Source of the DNA: Azolla caroliniana
Lineage: Eukaryota > Plantae > Polypodiophyta
Length of the DNA stretch: 64,000 nucleotides
NCBI GenBank assembly: GCA_043228905.1
Contig: JBHGNT010000003.1
Location: forward strand, 2,294,001-2,358,000
Direction of reading: 5' to 3'
A program made the position numbers and the translations under genes. Below, piece by piece: positions 38,203 through 50,311 of this stretch. The notes under the pieces were generated by a model. It was not told the DNA's origin, did no database searches, and was given only the letters and a program-made list of their open reading frames with translations. Position 1 is the first letter of the stretch. The number at the start of each line of letters is the position of its first letter.

Positions 38203-40904
38203 CTGTGGAGCTTTGTTGATTCATTTAGGTTTACCTTGTACGTTATTTCTGTTATTTTTTTTAGAACTCTTGGAAGATAATGTAGTAGAAGTAAACTAAG
38301 TGATAAGGAATAAGAGTCTTATGGACTCATAATAACATGGTCGAATATGCTATTTGCAACCCGACAATTGTACTTACGATAAATAATTGGTGATTATTGT
38401 ATTATTGAGTATCTTGTTACAAGCATTGGTTAAAATAAGCAAATCATCTTGTCCTCTCCCAATTAAAATGAAGTTCGCTTTGTAGGAGTCTCATTAGACA
38501 ATCACACGCCCACTTTTAGCCATACAATTGCATTGCCAAATTTGATTCAAGACCTCAGATTTAGTGGCAACTAATATCTGATCTTTTTTGCTCACATATT
38601 CGCACATTGTTCCTGGTTGGTAATTTCGACACAATTGTGAGGATTGGACTACATGAACGTGCTTTTTTAATTACTTGTGCCTTGCATGTATTATCGGTTT
38701 GACATAGTATTTGGCTAGACTATTTACCATCGGTGAATGTCTATAATGACCTTATCGTAACAAAATGATAGTAGTAGCATACAACTTGAGGATGTTTCTT
38801 AACACTAATGTAGTATATTTCCTTGGAAAACAAAAACAAAGAGATGATAGTAAACCCTGCAAAGGCTCCTATACTAACCTCTAAGGGACACATGGCTTCG
38901 TGGCTTTCATCCTATATTCTTTGATTACAAATGACTAACACTACTACAACACATGACAGAGAACCACCTTAGGAATGGTGAGAGGTTGGTCTTGATGTGC
39001 AATGACATGACCATCAATTTCATGACTTTAGGATCTGGAAGATGGGATGAGATGACCCCCAATATAATGGAACTTTGTAGGAGCCATGGATGTGTTTTGT
39101 ACATGATGTTTTGGGTAGTATTTTCCTTGGTTATGGTAATTGGCTTTCTGTCCTTGATGTGTTTGTTTGGTCAATGTCTTGTTATTCTTATTGCAAACAA
39201 TCTATATAATACTCAATTGTCACCAAAATCTCTAAACTAACCTTATCAAAAAAATGGTGTGGTCATGTTATACGCAAACAATTCATAGGTTAAGAGAGTA
39301 TTGGTAACTACTCGCTCATATCATGAATGGGTGTGTGCTTTTACAAGATCCTCAATATTGGGGTATTCAATCTGCAACAGAGAAAAGATGTATCCTAATG
39401 CAACCAAAAATATAAAGATTTAGTTTCAAAATCCGATTTAATTTAAGAAAACCATACAAACCATAAGGTACATAGACTGGTTACCCAAGTTCCAACTCTT
39501 TCTTTTTCTTTTTCCAAAAAATTGATTACCCAAAAACCATAAGGTGTCATTCAAATTGTGACTACTTAGATAGATGTGTCATGGATGGGTCAAAGCAAGT
39601 AGGTTATAGAGACCTAAAATGTGATACACAAAGAATGTGACAGTCTCAAAAGCTCGTCAACTGCTTACATAATAAATTACACCTACAAAAAAGCTCCCCA
39701 GTATTACTCTCAGGTGTGACACTATTGTATATAACCTTGTCGAGGTTGTTGGATCGTTGGATATCTTGAGAGTTATCCTCTAGGATCGCCCTAAACGAGC
39801 GTTGTCCCTATCGTGCCATCACATATTAATTATTTCAATACACAACAATTTTGGAAGACCATCCATCATACATCCATATATGGACATTCTCAAATTTAAA
39901 TGAATCAGTCTTGGTACATTCATGAGACTCAAATTGGTGTATGACATTATTTTAGTCTTTATAATTTCTAATAGTAGAGTAGTATAAGTTACAAACTATA
40001 AAAAAGACAAAATGTCAAAAAGTATAGAGAGTTGGAACTAAAAAACCCCGCATTGGGCATTGGAGTAGCCCACATTGAATCTACATCACAAATAATAATT
40101 TTCTGAAAATTTGGACCCTTAGTTGGCTGCTTGAATTCAATTTCTCCCTTTTTCTGAGCCGACTAGAAGACCAGATCCCAACATCATTGGTTTTGGTCAC
40201 TACTGTTTCGTTCTTGCCAAGATTCTACTTGTAGATATTACTCCTCTCCATGTAATTCCTAAGCCTGCATTTTTAAGTCTAATCAAAATATTAGAATTAA
40301 GCTGTATCCAAGACCTTAGACAAACGTAATCAGTAGAATCATGATGAGAATGAGCGTTTCCTAAAAGAAGAACTCTCCGATCACTGAAAAAAGAAGTCTA
40401 ACTTTATCTCTAAAATCGAGATCAAGCTCGCCTAAATGAGAACCCACCCAATCCAGGCTGTATAAATAAATTAAAGAATGGCAAAGAACATGCGTTGAGG
40501 AACCTTTTACATCCACAAAGCTTTACAAAATAAGGAGTTCACTTTACTATGTATGGATAATGGGATCATAGAGTTGATTGGACTCTCCGCTCATCACAAC
40601 CGGCGAGATGTCTGAAATTGTAGACTATTTGACTCTAAATCGAATGGAGTATTGGCTTTCTATAATAGGAAATGGCATGATTCCTGGCTCCACACATATG
40701 CTCACTCTACTTATCATAGATTGACAAAATGATACATAGAATATAGATTTTCTCATTACCTAAGGGCAGGATTAACTCATAGAGATTTATAAAAAGAGGA
40801 AATGTGGCACTACTTGACCTAATTCTACAAGAAAGTGACAACCAATTAGTGCCCTACAGAAACAGAAGAGGAAGAAGATTATTAGATTCAACACTACGAT
40901 TCCT

Positions 40905-42305
40905 ATGGATAAACCTGATCATCAACATAAGTTCACCAAAGATGAATGGAGAGACTACATGAAGGAGAAGATCAATCTGCATGTTGATGATGCACCTGTG
41001 TTCAAGGAAACTTGGAAGATTTTGAAGCCTCCCCAACATTTGTTTGAAGTGAAGATAGATTCATATTGCCCTAAATTAGTGAGCATCGGTCCACTGTACC
41101 AAAATCTTGAACCTTCCCCCATAAATAATTTTAAGGCACTATGTGTGAACAAATTCATGGAAAGGCATAGGATATTATCTGTGAAAGAACTCATGCAATA
41201 CCTCACCCCTGGTGAACCAGAAGAACTTAGCCGCATCTATGATCTCAACCTCCCCCAATCTGACTTTGACTGGCTCCAACTTCTGGTCACTATGGATTCC
41301 GTCTTCATTCATGAATTCTTGCTGTGTCTGTCCAAGAAGTACCCTACGACAGGTGCCTGCAACGACTTTACTATTTTCTTCTTTAATAATGACTTTACAT
41401 TCCGCGACAGACTACGGAGGGATTTGGTGTTGGTAGGAAATCAAATTCCCATGTCATCTGTGAAGAAGATTACAGAGATTGATAGTAATCACAACTTCTC
41501 ATTGGATGATCTCGAGGATACGGTGAGAAAATTTATTGTTCCTCGGATTCCATTCATCTCTAGCAAACGAGTGCAGACCAGATTTGAGGAATTTCTCAAG
41601 TCAAAAGACAGGAAATTGATCGATAAATGCCAGCATCTAATTGATGCCCTCTATTTTTTGTGCACTGAAACATTTGACGACTCTAAGCAACCATCGGAGA
41701 GACCACCAGCATCTTATTCTGAAGAGGAGTCTCATCACATCCCAACCGCATCTGAACTATGTATAGCCGGCATTTCATTCAAGGCTTGTGAAGGTAATGT
41801 ATCGGTGATGAAGTATGAGAAGGCGAAACTTCAGCTCCATCTTCCACGCCTTATCGTGTACGATGGCACCGAGGATGTGCTGAGGAACCTTCTTGCCTAT
41901 GAACAAACCTTCAAAGATGGAGGTGAGTACACTATGTATGTGGCCATCATGGACTCGCTCATTGACACTCAAGAAGATCTAGCGATCTTGACTAAGGCGA
42001 AGGTGATGCAGAATCACTTGGGGAGTGATGAGAAGTTGCTACAGATGTGGAACAACATGTGCACCAATGTCTATTATGACCCATGCAAGGAATGGGAAGA
42101 GATGATTCACGAAATAAATGCCCACAATTCCACCCGTTGGCGTCACTTGTATACCGAGTTCCATCAAATGTATTTGTCTCGGCCATGGCTAATGGCATCT
42201 GTCATTGCGGCATTTCTACTGCTCTTAGCTTCAATATTCCAGACAGTTTATTCAATCTTAGCTTATTACAAACCCCTAAATCAATCGAAAACACTAAACC
42301 CTTAA
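40905..42305 (+). CDS. DUF247 / UPF0481 family protein (gene B), intronless, C-terminal transmembrane helix
   Basis: 466 aa; YCPKLVSIGP, NQIP, HLID, IPTASELCIAGISFK, LRNLLAYEQ, MDSLIDTQEDLAIL, YLSRPW followed by a hydrophobic helix. Confidence 0.93.
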   Translation: MDKPDHQHKFTKDEWRDYMKEKINLHVDDAPVFKETWKILKPPQHLFEVKIDSYCPKLVSIGPLYQNLEPSPINNFKALCVNKFMERHRILSVKELMQYLTPGEPEELSRIYDLNLPQSDFDWLQLLVTMDSVFIHEFLLCLSKKYPTTGACNDFTIFFFNNDFTFRDRLRRDLVLVGNQIPMSSVKKITEIDSNHNFSLDDLEDTVRKFIVPRIPFISSKRVQTRFEEFLKSKDRKLIDKCQHLIDALYFLCTETFDDSKQPSERPPASYSEEESHHIPTASELCIAGISFKACEGNVSVMKYEKAKLQLHLPRLIVYDGTEDVLRNLLAYEQTFKDGGEYTMYVAIMDSLIDTQEDLAILTKAKVMQNHLGSDEKLLQMWNNMCTNVYYDPCKEWEEMIHEINAHNSTRWRHLYTEFHQMYLSRPWLMASVIAAFLLLLASIFQTVYSILAYYKPLNQSKTLNP

Positions 42306-44218
42306 CTTCATTTCATTTGTTTATTCGTTTGGGATCTCATTATTTGATTGCCTGCTACTTACATTTCATTGATTTATAATCAACATTGGGTTATGAAATT
42401 GTGAAATATTATGTACCTATGGTGAATCATGTGTTATTGACTTATTCTACATATTGGTTTATGAAATTGTGGAAGACTATGTACTTATGGGGAGCTGTTT
42501 TTGTTCTTCATGTATTAATGAAAATAAAGTATTTCTCGCAATGAGATTCTGAAGCACAATTTCTTCTTCGTCTTCTTCTTCTTTATCATATATTCATGAA
42601 ATTGCCTACAAGTTGAACAGGATGGCAAACCCAAAATAAATCTATTGAAAATAAGTGACATTAGCAAGACCACTATGGCTTTTCTTCTCTTAAGTGTACT
42701 AGAGGTTTTAATGGTTATTTGGTCTCAAATAATAATTACATCATGTAAACTGTTAAGGATCCAATTCATCCTATTTTCTTCTCAAATTATAAATGTTAGT
42801 AGTTAAATAACTGATTTTTTCTGATCAGCGTAAATGTATCAGTGTCATAAAATGTTAAAGATTTGATGCCATTGCTGTAGCGTATTTACTCTCATTAATC
42901 ACATTGTCAATATGGATCCTTACAATACCGACTTCTCATCATTGCCTGAACATGGGTCTTCCCATTGGGTGATCTGTGTGTCCATCATAATCCATTCTTC
43001 AAGACGCAAACCTTACACTGAGTAATAGAATATGATGAAACGAATTGTGAGGGATAAATACATGCTGAAATGGAGAAAATGAGGAAATTTTCTCAAAATT
43101 GCAAGCATCTATTTCATTCCCTCTATCTCTCATGCATACAATCAAGTCCAAGTTAGCTCTTGTGATACTTTCATCACTGATATGCTACCTTCATAAGCCT
43201 TACAACTATATGCGAAGGCTTTTCAGAATTATCATTGTGAGATGATATAATTTATCATTGGGATGCTATTATTTCTCTCCATATAATTCCTAGGCATACA
43301 TTTTTAGGTCTAATAAAAATATTAGAATCAAGGAATATCCAAGACCTTAGAAAAACCTACATTGATTGCAATAAATCAGGTTTTTTGGAAAACATGATTA
43401 TCATTGTTCATGTAATTAGTAGAATCATGATGACTATTAGTGTTTCCCAGCGTTGTTTATGGGTTTTCATTGACAACCATAATGGCACTCCTAGTAGTGA
43501 ATGCTGGATGCTATGGCTGTTAATTCGAGCTTATAACCAACAAGTAATAGCCAGTTTATTAGTGTTTGCTGCGTGGATCGAGAACTACCAGAACGCCAAA
43601 CATCCCCAAATTTCACTTATTTTTGTACTTTTTTTTTCCTCTCAAACGATCATACCATGTAAATAATGGAGTCAATTCCCCCTCTTTTTTCTCAAATTGT
43701 TCATTTTCATTTCAGACCTAAATCTAATCCCATTTCCTACATGTTTTGCAAATTATGCGATCGGTGTTTGTCATTTGCAAATGTGTTGTGATTCCCGCTG
43801 TATTTACTATCATTAATCGACAGAGAGGAGACACTAAATCAACAACAAATTTGCCTCAACTTTCCCATCACTGAAAAAAGAAAAACTTTATCTCTAAAAT
43901 CGAGATCAAGCTCGCATAAATGAGATTAAAGAATGGGACAGAACATGAACCCCTTACATCCACAAACCTTTTACAATAAGGAGTTACCTTTAGTATGTAT
44001 GCGATCATAAAGTTGATTTTACTCAGCTCATCAACACCCATGACATGAACCATGGAGGGATGCTGACAACTTGGGCTGTATGGTTTGGCTATGGTGCATA
44101 AAATGATGAAGTAGAAGGGGAAGAAGACCATGCTTCTTTGGCTCACTTCTATTGGCGAAGTCTTACAATTTCACAACAGGACAGGAGGAGAACTACGAAT
44201 GACGAAGCTTGGGCTCCA

Positions 44219-44363
44219 ATGGTGAGCTTTATCCCTGTGGAGCTCATCATTGGGCTTATTCTGTCAGTACTACTTCTCATGGCAGGGTTATATCAGCTAT
44301 GGAGACCTTCAAGCAAGAAAGATAAACACCAGCATGAGAAGAAGCTGCCTTTACCTGCGGGTC
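44219..44363 (+). pseudogene. Second, shorter P450 5' fragment (paralog of 4408-4972)
   Basis: MVSFIPVELIIGLILSVLLLMAGLYQLWRPSSKKDKHQHEKKLPLPAG is nearly identical to the 4408 copy; similarity stops at the proline hinge. Confidence 0.85.
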
Positions 44364-45110
44364 GGCTCCTTACACTCCATGTGAGATTGTTGAGGGACTT
44401 GTAACACTTGTTGTTGTCCAATAATTGGGGTAAATTGAATGACAATTTGAACAATATAGACCGCATGTTTCAGTTACATCAAATAATGAACCTATAATAT
44501 CTTTTTGTTTACTCTAGCTATTTGGAAGTCTTCAGTTTGACTTTCATTCTCGCAAATGGTGATTTGTGTCGTCCGTCTAGGGTTACTATTGTCATTGTGT
44601 TCTGATAGACTTCACTATAAAGATTCATACGACAAACAAAGGCCCCATGGGTTTGTGGCATGGAATCAAAAGGGTGGCATTTGTGTACAAATTACCGGCT
44701 TAGTATTTCTGCAAAGAGGATTGACCTCTTGTGCAAATATTTAGCTACACACTATGTGGCTACGACTAGGCACTCTATACTAATATTATAGACTTAAATA
44801 GTGTGATGCATTAAAAGATAACGTGATTGTCTAATGAGACTCATACAAATTGTACTTCATTTTAATAGGGGAAAAGACAATGCGATTGCTTATTTAACAA
44901 ATGCTTGTAACAAGATACTCTGTAATACAGTAATCATCAATTATTTATCATATATGTGTACAATATGGGATCCTAACTTCCATGTTTGGCCATGTTTTTA
45001 TGAGTCCATAGAATTCTTATTCCTTGTCACTCCAAATGCAAAAATAATGGAAATAACATACAATGAGATTCCAAATGAATGAAAAACAACAGAAATAACA
45101 AAGCTCCCTT

Positions 45111-45976
45111 AATTTTGGCCTAAGATTTGATGGAGGTCTAATGGTTGAGGCTTGAAATTGGCAATAGCCGGCCTCCGATAATGAGGATAGGAGCAGTAGC
45201 AACACCACAAGCAGCAAAATCGTTAGCCATGGCTGAGAAAAATACTTCTCATAGCCATGGAACGCCCAGGATTCTCATAGCCATCTAATACATCGTGTGT
45301 CATGTCGTCCCATCTCTCGCATGCTCGAATGTCGACATTGGTGCACATGTTGTTCCACATCTCCACCAGCTTCTCATCACCCCCCAAGTAATTCTCTGTC
45401 CACCTGCGCCTTTGTCAAGATCGCTACATCCTCCGGAGTGTCGATGAGCGAGTCCATGATGGCAACATACATAGTGAAATCACCATTGCTTTTGGAGGTT
45501 TGTTCATGTGCAAGGAGGTTCCTCAAGACATCCTCTGTCCTGTCATTCACGATAAGCCGTGGAAGATCAAATCGAAGGTTTGTCTTGTCGTATTTCATCA
45601 CTGATATGCTGCCTACAATCACCCTGAACCGGATGCTGGCTTTCGAGAGCCGAGATGCTGTTGGCAGACGATTGCCAAAGATAGTTTTCTATTGAGGTTC
45701 TTGTTTCCTCCAGAAAAGATTGCATAGTTGTGGGATGCTACATAAATTCATGGCGTCACTTCCATTCTTTTGTAATGGCTCCCTGCAGACCCAAACATAT
45801 AGGCAATCAAGTAGATGACTGCAAAGGCGAAAATCGGGAATTTGAAAACTCTGCACAAACTCTACGGTGAAGGTCTCAACGACAAAGAATGGATCAATTG
45901 TTGCAACAGCATAAAACGATTCTTGCTGAAGTTCATCCCCTTCATTTTTGGGTTTCTCTGGAAATGCCTCAATCAG
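45111..45976 (-). pseudogene. DUF247 pseudogene (gene A type, inverted), 5' part replaced by Copia RT
   Basis: HLLDCLYVWVCREPLQK, RLPTASRL, RFDLPRLIV, LRNLLAHEQ, KYFSQPW; stop at 45689 and frameshifts. 3' flank 44830-45100 matches 38200-38505 in reverse. Confidence 0.88.
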
Positions 45977-47282
45977 TTTCCTTAGTCTACAAACTTTACC
46001 TATTGTTTGAATTGTACCAAAACCTAGGGGGATATCCATGTACACTTCCTCCATCAACTCTCCATGAAGGAATGCATTTTTGATATCTAATTGATGTAAT
46101 TTCCAATCCGTATTCACTGCTAAGCAAATAAGCGTTCTAACAATGCTCATCTTTGCCACAGGTGCAAAAGTCTCATCGTAGTCAATGCCATATTTCTGAC
46201 TATATCCATTAGCCACCAATCGTGCCTTGTATCGATCTATTTTTCTCTCTAGGGTCTATTTTTTTGTAAACACCCATTTGCACCCAACCGCCTTCTTTCT
46301 TGATGGTAGTGACACAATCTCCCAAGTTTTGTTCTTCTCAAGAGCTCCGAGTTCTTCTTGCATGGTTGTTTTCCATTTTGGATCTTCTTTAGCAACCTGC
46401 CAACACTTGGTTAAAGTGACAGAGTCTGATGATGCAATGAATGCTCTATGTGTAGGTGATATATTAGAATAAGAGATAAACTGAGCAATATCATGAGGAA
46501 AACTGTAACGATCAGGAGGGACTCTAGCATTACTGCGAGGGGTCCTCCTAATCTCTGTAGGAGTAGGAGACGAAATCATATCACTTGTGATTTCTGGGTT
46601 TTGGAGTTTTATTGGTATTTCAGAAGTAGAGGCACGTCGGGACATGGAACTTGATGGCAAATGTGGCATTGGAGATGTGTTCATATCTCCTTCTTTCTGC
46701 CTCCTCTTCCTTGTATACACCTTTAGCTCCCCCTCAACTTGAGTCCCAACACATATAGGCTCCTCGTCTTCGTTTCCTTCTTCTTCCGTACCTCCTACGC
46801 TCACTTGTTTCTCAACTGATGTAGGGATCAATAAAGGAATTGATCCTATTTTTAGCAACCACTCACCATTATCTCCTTCCCTCATATTTTCAATCTCAAT
46901 TAAGTCATCAAAGGGTGAAGCTACCCACCCCTTGTTTATAATATCGCTCTGACTAATCTCTTCTCTACTGGACTCCAGCAAACATAGTTTTTTTATGTGG
47001 TAGAGTATCCCACAAATACACATTTTATAGCTTTAGGATCAAGTTTTCCTATAGATGGTCTACTGTCCTTTACAAAACACACACATCCAAACACCTTCAA
47101 AGGAAGGATTCCAGACTTATCGCCTTGCAACAACTCCCATGGAGACTTCCACTCTAATACTCTAGAGGGCATTCTATTGATCAATGTGGCAGCTGTCAGA
47201 ACTGCCTGTCCCACAACTGCTTTGGAACATTCATAGAGATCATCATGCTTCTCGTTACCTCTAGAAGATGTCAATTCTTAAT

Positions 47283-47371
47283 CCGTTTTGTTTTGGTGTA
47301 TATGGGCATGTAGTTTGATGTTGTATTGCTTGATCTGAGAGGTATGCCCTAAATGTCATGTTAGCTTACTC
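47283..47371. repeat. 89-bp direct repeat flanking the Gypsy element (second copy 54631-54719)
   Basis: CCGTTTTGTTTTGG...GTTAGCTTACTC is identical on both sides and abuts the LTR ends exactly. Confidence 0.93.
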
Positions 47372-48140
47372 TGTCGTGAAGAAAACCGTCCATAGGCGGA
47401 ATCGGCGCACCAAGGCGTCCGAACCGGTTCTTCACGCGCGCACGCTCCAAGTTGTACATAGAAGCGAATTAGGAGGATAATCGGCAGGAACGGGCCCTAA
47501 CTCAAGTGGAGACAAAGACCGCGCGAACAGTCTTTTCGGTCGCACGCGCGAACTGTACGAGTCGGCGGCGTAACTACGCGGATGCGTGAAAAACGGAGCG
47601 GATCCCTGTCCAAAAGGGACAGGGAATAAAGCTGACACGACGGCCTGCTCGTCGGCCTATATAAGGAGCAGGAAAGAGCTGTTGCAGGGATCTCGCGCGG
47701 AGAGGACGAAGTGCTGTCGGACCGTTTCTGGACGCTTCTCTCTCTCTGTTACCTTCCTTCTTGAGCTCCATAGTTTTTCTGTGCAGGGTTCCGAGGAGGC
47801 TCGCGCTGTTTCGAGGAACGCCCGAGTGCTTCCGGCAGCCCCTTTGAGCGTCGAAGTGAACAGGCATCGGCATCTGTTCGCCGACCTGTTCGGTTGTAAC
47901 CAACCTGTGCCCCGTTGAGGGTTGTAGTCGTGTTAGCCATTTTTCTTAATATACATATTTAGTCATTCGCATCTGTCTGTGTCGGTGTCTGTTCGCGTTC
48001 ACCGTGCTGAAGGGCCGCGTCCCTGTGTATCCCCGGCCGCGTAGCCGGTTCTCTCCCTTTCTCCTCCCTCGCTTGCTCTTTGGTTCGAGACCCCCGCGGT
48101 CCCGCCTCGTTTCCACACGCACTTGCGTAATATCTCGACA
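47372..48140 (+). repeat. 5' LTR (769 bp)
   Basis: TGTCG...CGACA ends; TATA-like CCTATATAAGG near 47656. Confidence 0.96.
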
Positions 48141-48144
48141 TCTT

Positions 48145-48162
48145 TGGTGAACCCGACGTGAA
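48145..48162 (+). other. Primer binding site complementary to cytosolic tRNA-Trp
   Basis: TGGTGAACCCGACGTGAA is the reverse complement of TTCACGTCGGGTTCACCA, the 3' end of plant tRNA-Trp(CCA) as recalled from memory. Confidence 0.85.
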
Positions 48163-48184
48163 AGAGGCGGCAGAAGAGCAGAAG

Positions 48185-50311
48185 ATGAGGGGGTCGGATC
48201 TCGCAGAGGCCATGGCTTCGGCCGTGGATCGGATTGTAAACGCGCGCGAGAGCACCGGTGCCCTCGACAGAGCTATTGAGGCGGTCGTCGGCACGATCGG
48301 CCGGTTCGATGGGAAGGATGCCACGAAGTATTTGGCGTCCTACGGTGCAGAGATGCTGATGCGGGACATTCCGGAAGAAAGGCGTCTTGCCGGATTTCCC
48401 CGAGTGGCGATGCCGAGCATCCATGCGGAGGTGCTCGAGGTGCGGACGGAGAGCCGTACCTGGGAGGAGTTCGAAGGTCGGCTCCTAGAGAAATATGGGC
48501 TGGACGACGCGCTCCGGCTTTCGAAGCGAAGGTTCATGGAATGGGTGGAGTCCCCGGGGAAGGGAAGAAACGCGTCGGCGCTCCTCCGGGAGTTCGAGGA
48601 AAACTTTGCGCGCCTTTCGGCGCTCGACCGAACCATCCTGGACACGAGCCGGGTCTTGCTGTTTGTCAAGTCGGTCGACGAGCGGGATCGGGAGCAAGTG
48701 GGCCTCTTGCTGGAAACCGAAGACGGGCTCACTACCGACTGGGCGGCTGTCAGGAAGGTCTGTGGCCGTTTCGACAAACGGCGAGAATGGGCGGATAACG
48801 GGGCGACCGGGTCGGGCTTGGTCGCAGCAAGGAAGCTCGAACCAGCGCCACAGGTGCGCAAGGAAGAGACCCGGGAGTGGTTGGAAACCGGTTCGGCTTC
48901 GACCGGCGTAGTCAGAGGCTCAACCGGAGGAGCGGCGCTGGAGGAATTGACGAAGGCGATAAAGGACCTCCAAATCGCGCAGGCCCGAAGGGAAGGAGGC
49001 GAACCGGCTCGTGACCGACGGCCGGCGGCAGGAAACAGGTGCATGTGGTGCGATGAAGTCGGCCACATTCGGAAGGACTGCGGCGACTTCGCGAAGGCGC
49101 TGAGGGACAGGGCGGTGTACCTGTGGGAAGGACGGGTGCATGCCAGCGACACCCGAAGGGCCCTGAGCCGAAACGACGGAAAGGGTGGTATGAAAAGGTT
49201 GATGGAAGAGGCGGCGGCCCGACACGCGGAAACCGTCCACTACTCGGCGTCGGCCGGCATTCGAGTCGGGGGCGGCGAGGCCCGAAGGGAAAGCAAAGCC
49301 GGATTCTGGCCGACGATGCTGGAAGGCCTTGCCGGTGCAAGGCTTAAAGGGGAGGAATCGGACAGTGCGGAGAAACGGGTACGGGAGATGACCGGGTGGA
49401 GCGACCCGGTCGAGGAAAGGACGGGCTTCGTGGAAGCCGCTTGCCAGAACTACGAGGCTCTGGTAGAAGAGAAGCGGGTGGGGAGACCCGGGACGACCGG
49501 GCCCTCACAACGATACGAGACCCGGTCCGGGCCACGACGGGACGAAGCCGGCGGGGCCGGCACGCAAGATAAACCCCAGAAGGGCGGGTACCGTCTGGGG
49601 ACGGAGATAGAAAGGACCACGGACTTACGAAAGGTCCTGGAGGAACGGATCCTCGACAGCAAGGTGGAGCTGTCGTTACGAGAGGTGCTGGGAATCGCCA
49701 AGAAGGAGTTCCACGACTCCATCGTGGACTTGGTGAAACGGAAGAGGCTGTCGACGGAGACAGAACCGGAAAGACCGGTGGAAGTGCGGACGACGCACCT
49801 AGACGACATGGCGCTGGGAGACGAGTGGGCAGAAAGCCACTATTCGAGACCACACTGGGCCCGAGCGACCACGGAGACCCCGGTGAAAATCGGCGATGTC
49901 CGGGAACCGGTGATAACTTTGGTGGACCACGGATCGGAGATCAATTTGATGTCCATGGACTTCTATAAGAAGGGCAAATGGCCGATCAACACCAAGCACG
50001 GGTGGAAAATAAGGGCAGCAACGCGCGCCACCGAGGAACTGCACGGGGCCTGTCCGAATGTGCGAGTCAAGATTGGCGACGTCGAGATTGACCAGCACTT
50101 CTTCGTGCAGGAGACGTCTTCGCATCCGGTCATTCTGGGAGAGCCGTACATCACGGCGGCGCGAATGGAGACCAAAGTGCTGGACAATGGTTCGGCCTAC
50201 GCGAGGGTCAAAAGCCAAGACGGGCGCCATTCGGTCCAGTTTCTGACGGTAAGGCCGAACCACGAACGTAACCGCGATTCCCTCGGTTCCGAAAACCGAG
50301 AGGATTTTTAG
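48185..50311 (+). CDS. Gypsy ORF1: Gag with zinc knuckle fused to aspartic protease
   Basis: CMWCDEVGHIRKDC; LVDHGSEINLM catalytic motif; VILGEPY flap region; ends at TAG 50309-50311. Confidence 0.9.
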   Translation: MRGSDLAEAMASAVDRIVNARESTGALDRAIEAVVGTIGRFDGKDATKYLASYGAEMLMRDIPEERRLAGFPRVAMPSIHAEVLEVRTESRTWEEFEGRLLEKYGLDDALRLSKRRFMEWVESPGKGRNASALLREFEENFARLSALDRTILDTSRVLLFVKSVDERDREQVGLLLETEDGLTTDWAAVRKVCGRFDKRREWADNGATGSGLVAARKLEPAPQVRKEETREWLETGSASTGVVRGSTGGAALEELTKAIKDLQIAQARREGGEPARDRRPAAGNRCMWCDEVGHIRKDCGDFAKALRDRAVYLWEGRVHASDTRRALSRNDGKGGMKRLMEEAAARHAETVHYSASAGIRVGGGEARRESKAGFWPTMLEGLAGARLKGEESDSAEKRVREMTGWSDPVEERTGFVEAACQNYEALVEEKRVGRPGTTGPSQRYETRSGPRRDEAGGAGTQDKPQKGGYRLGTEIERTTDLRKVLEERILDSKVELSLREVLGIAKKEFHDSIVDLVKRKRLSTETEPERPVEVRTTHLDDMALGDEWAESHYSRPHWARATTETPVKIGDVREPVITLVDHGSEINLMSMDFYKKGKWPINTKHGWKIRAATRATEELHGACPNVRVKIGDVEIDQHFFVQETSSHPVILGEPYITAARMETKVLDNGSAYARVKSQDGRHSVQFLTVRPNHERNRDSLGSENREDF

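Noticed and set aside
38953-39240. 95-aa hydrophobic ORF between DUF247 A and B as a partner peptide gene
   Set aside because: No N-terminal signal peptide pattern, no recognisable family, and not retained in the paralogous 2-4.5 kb block.
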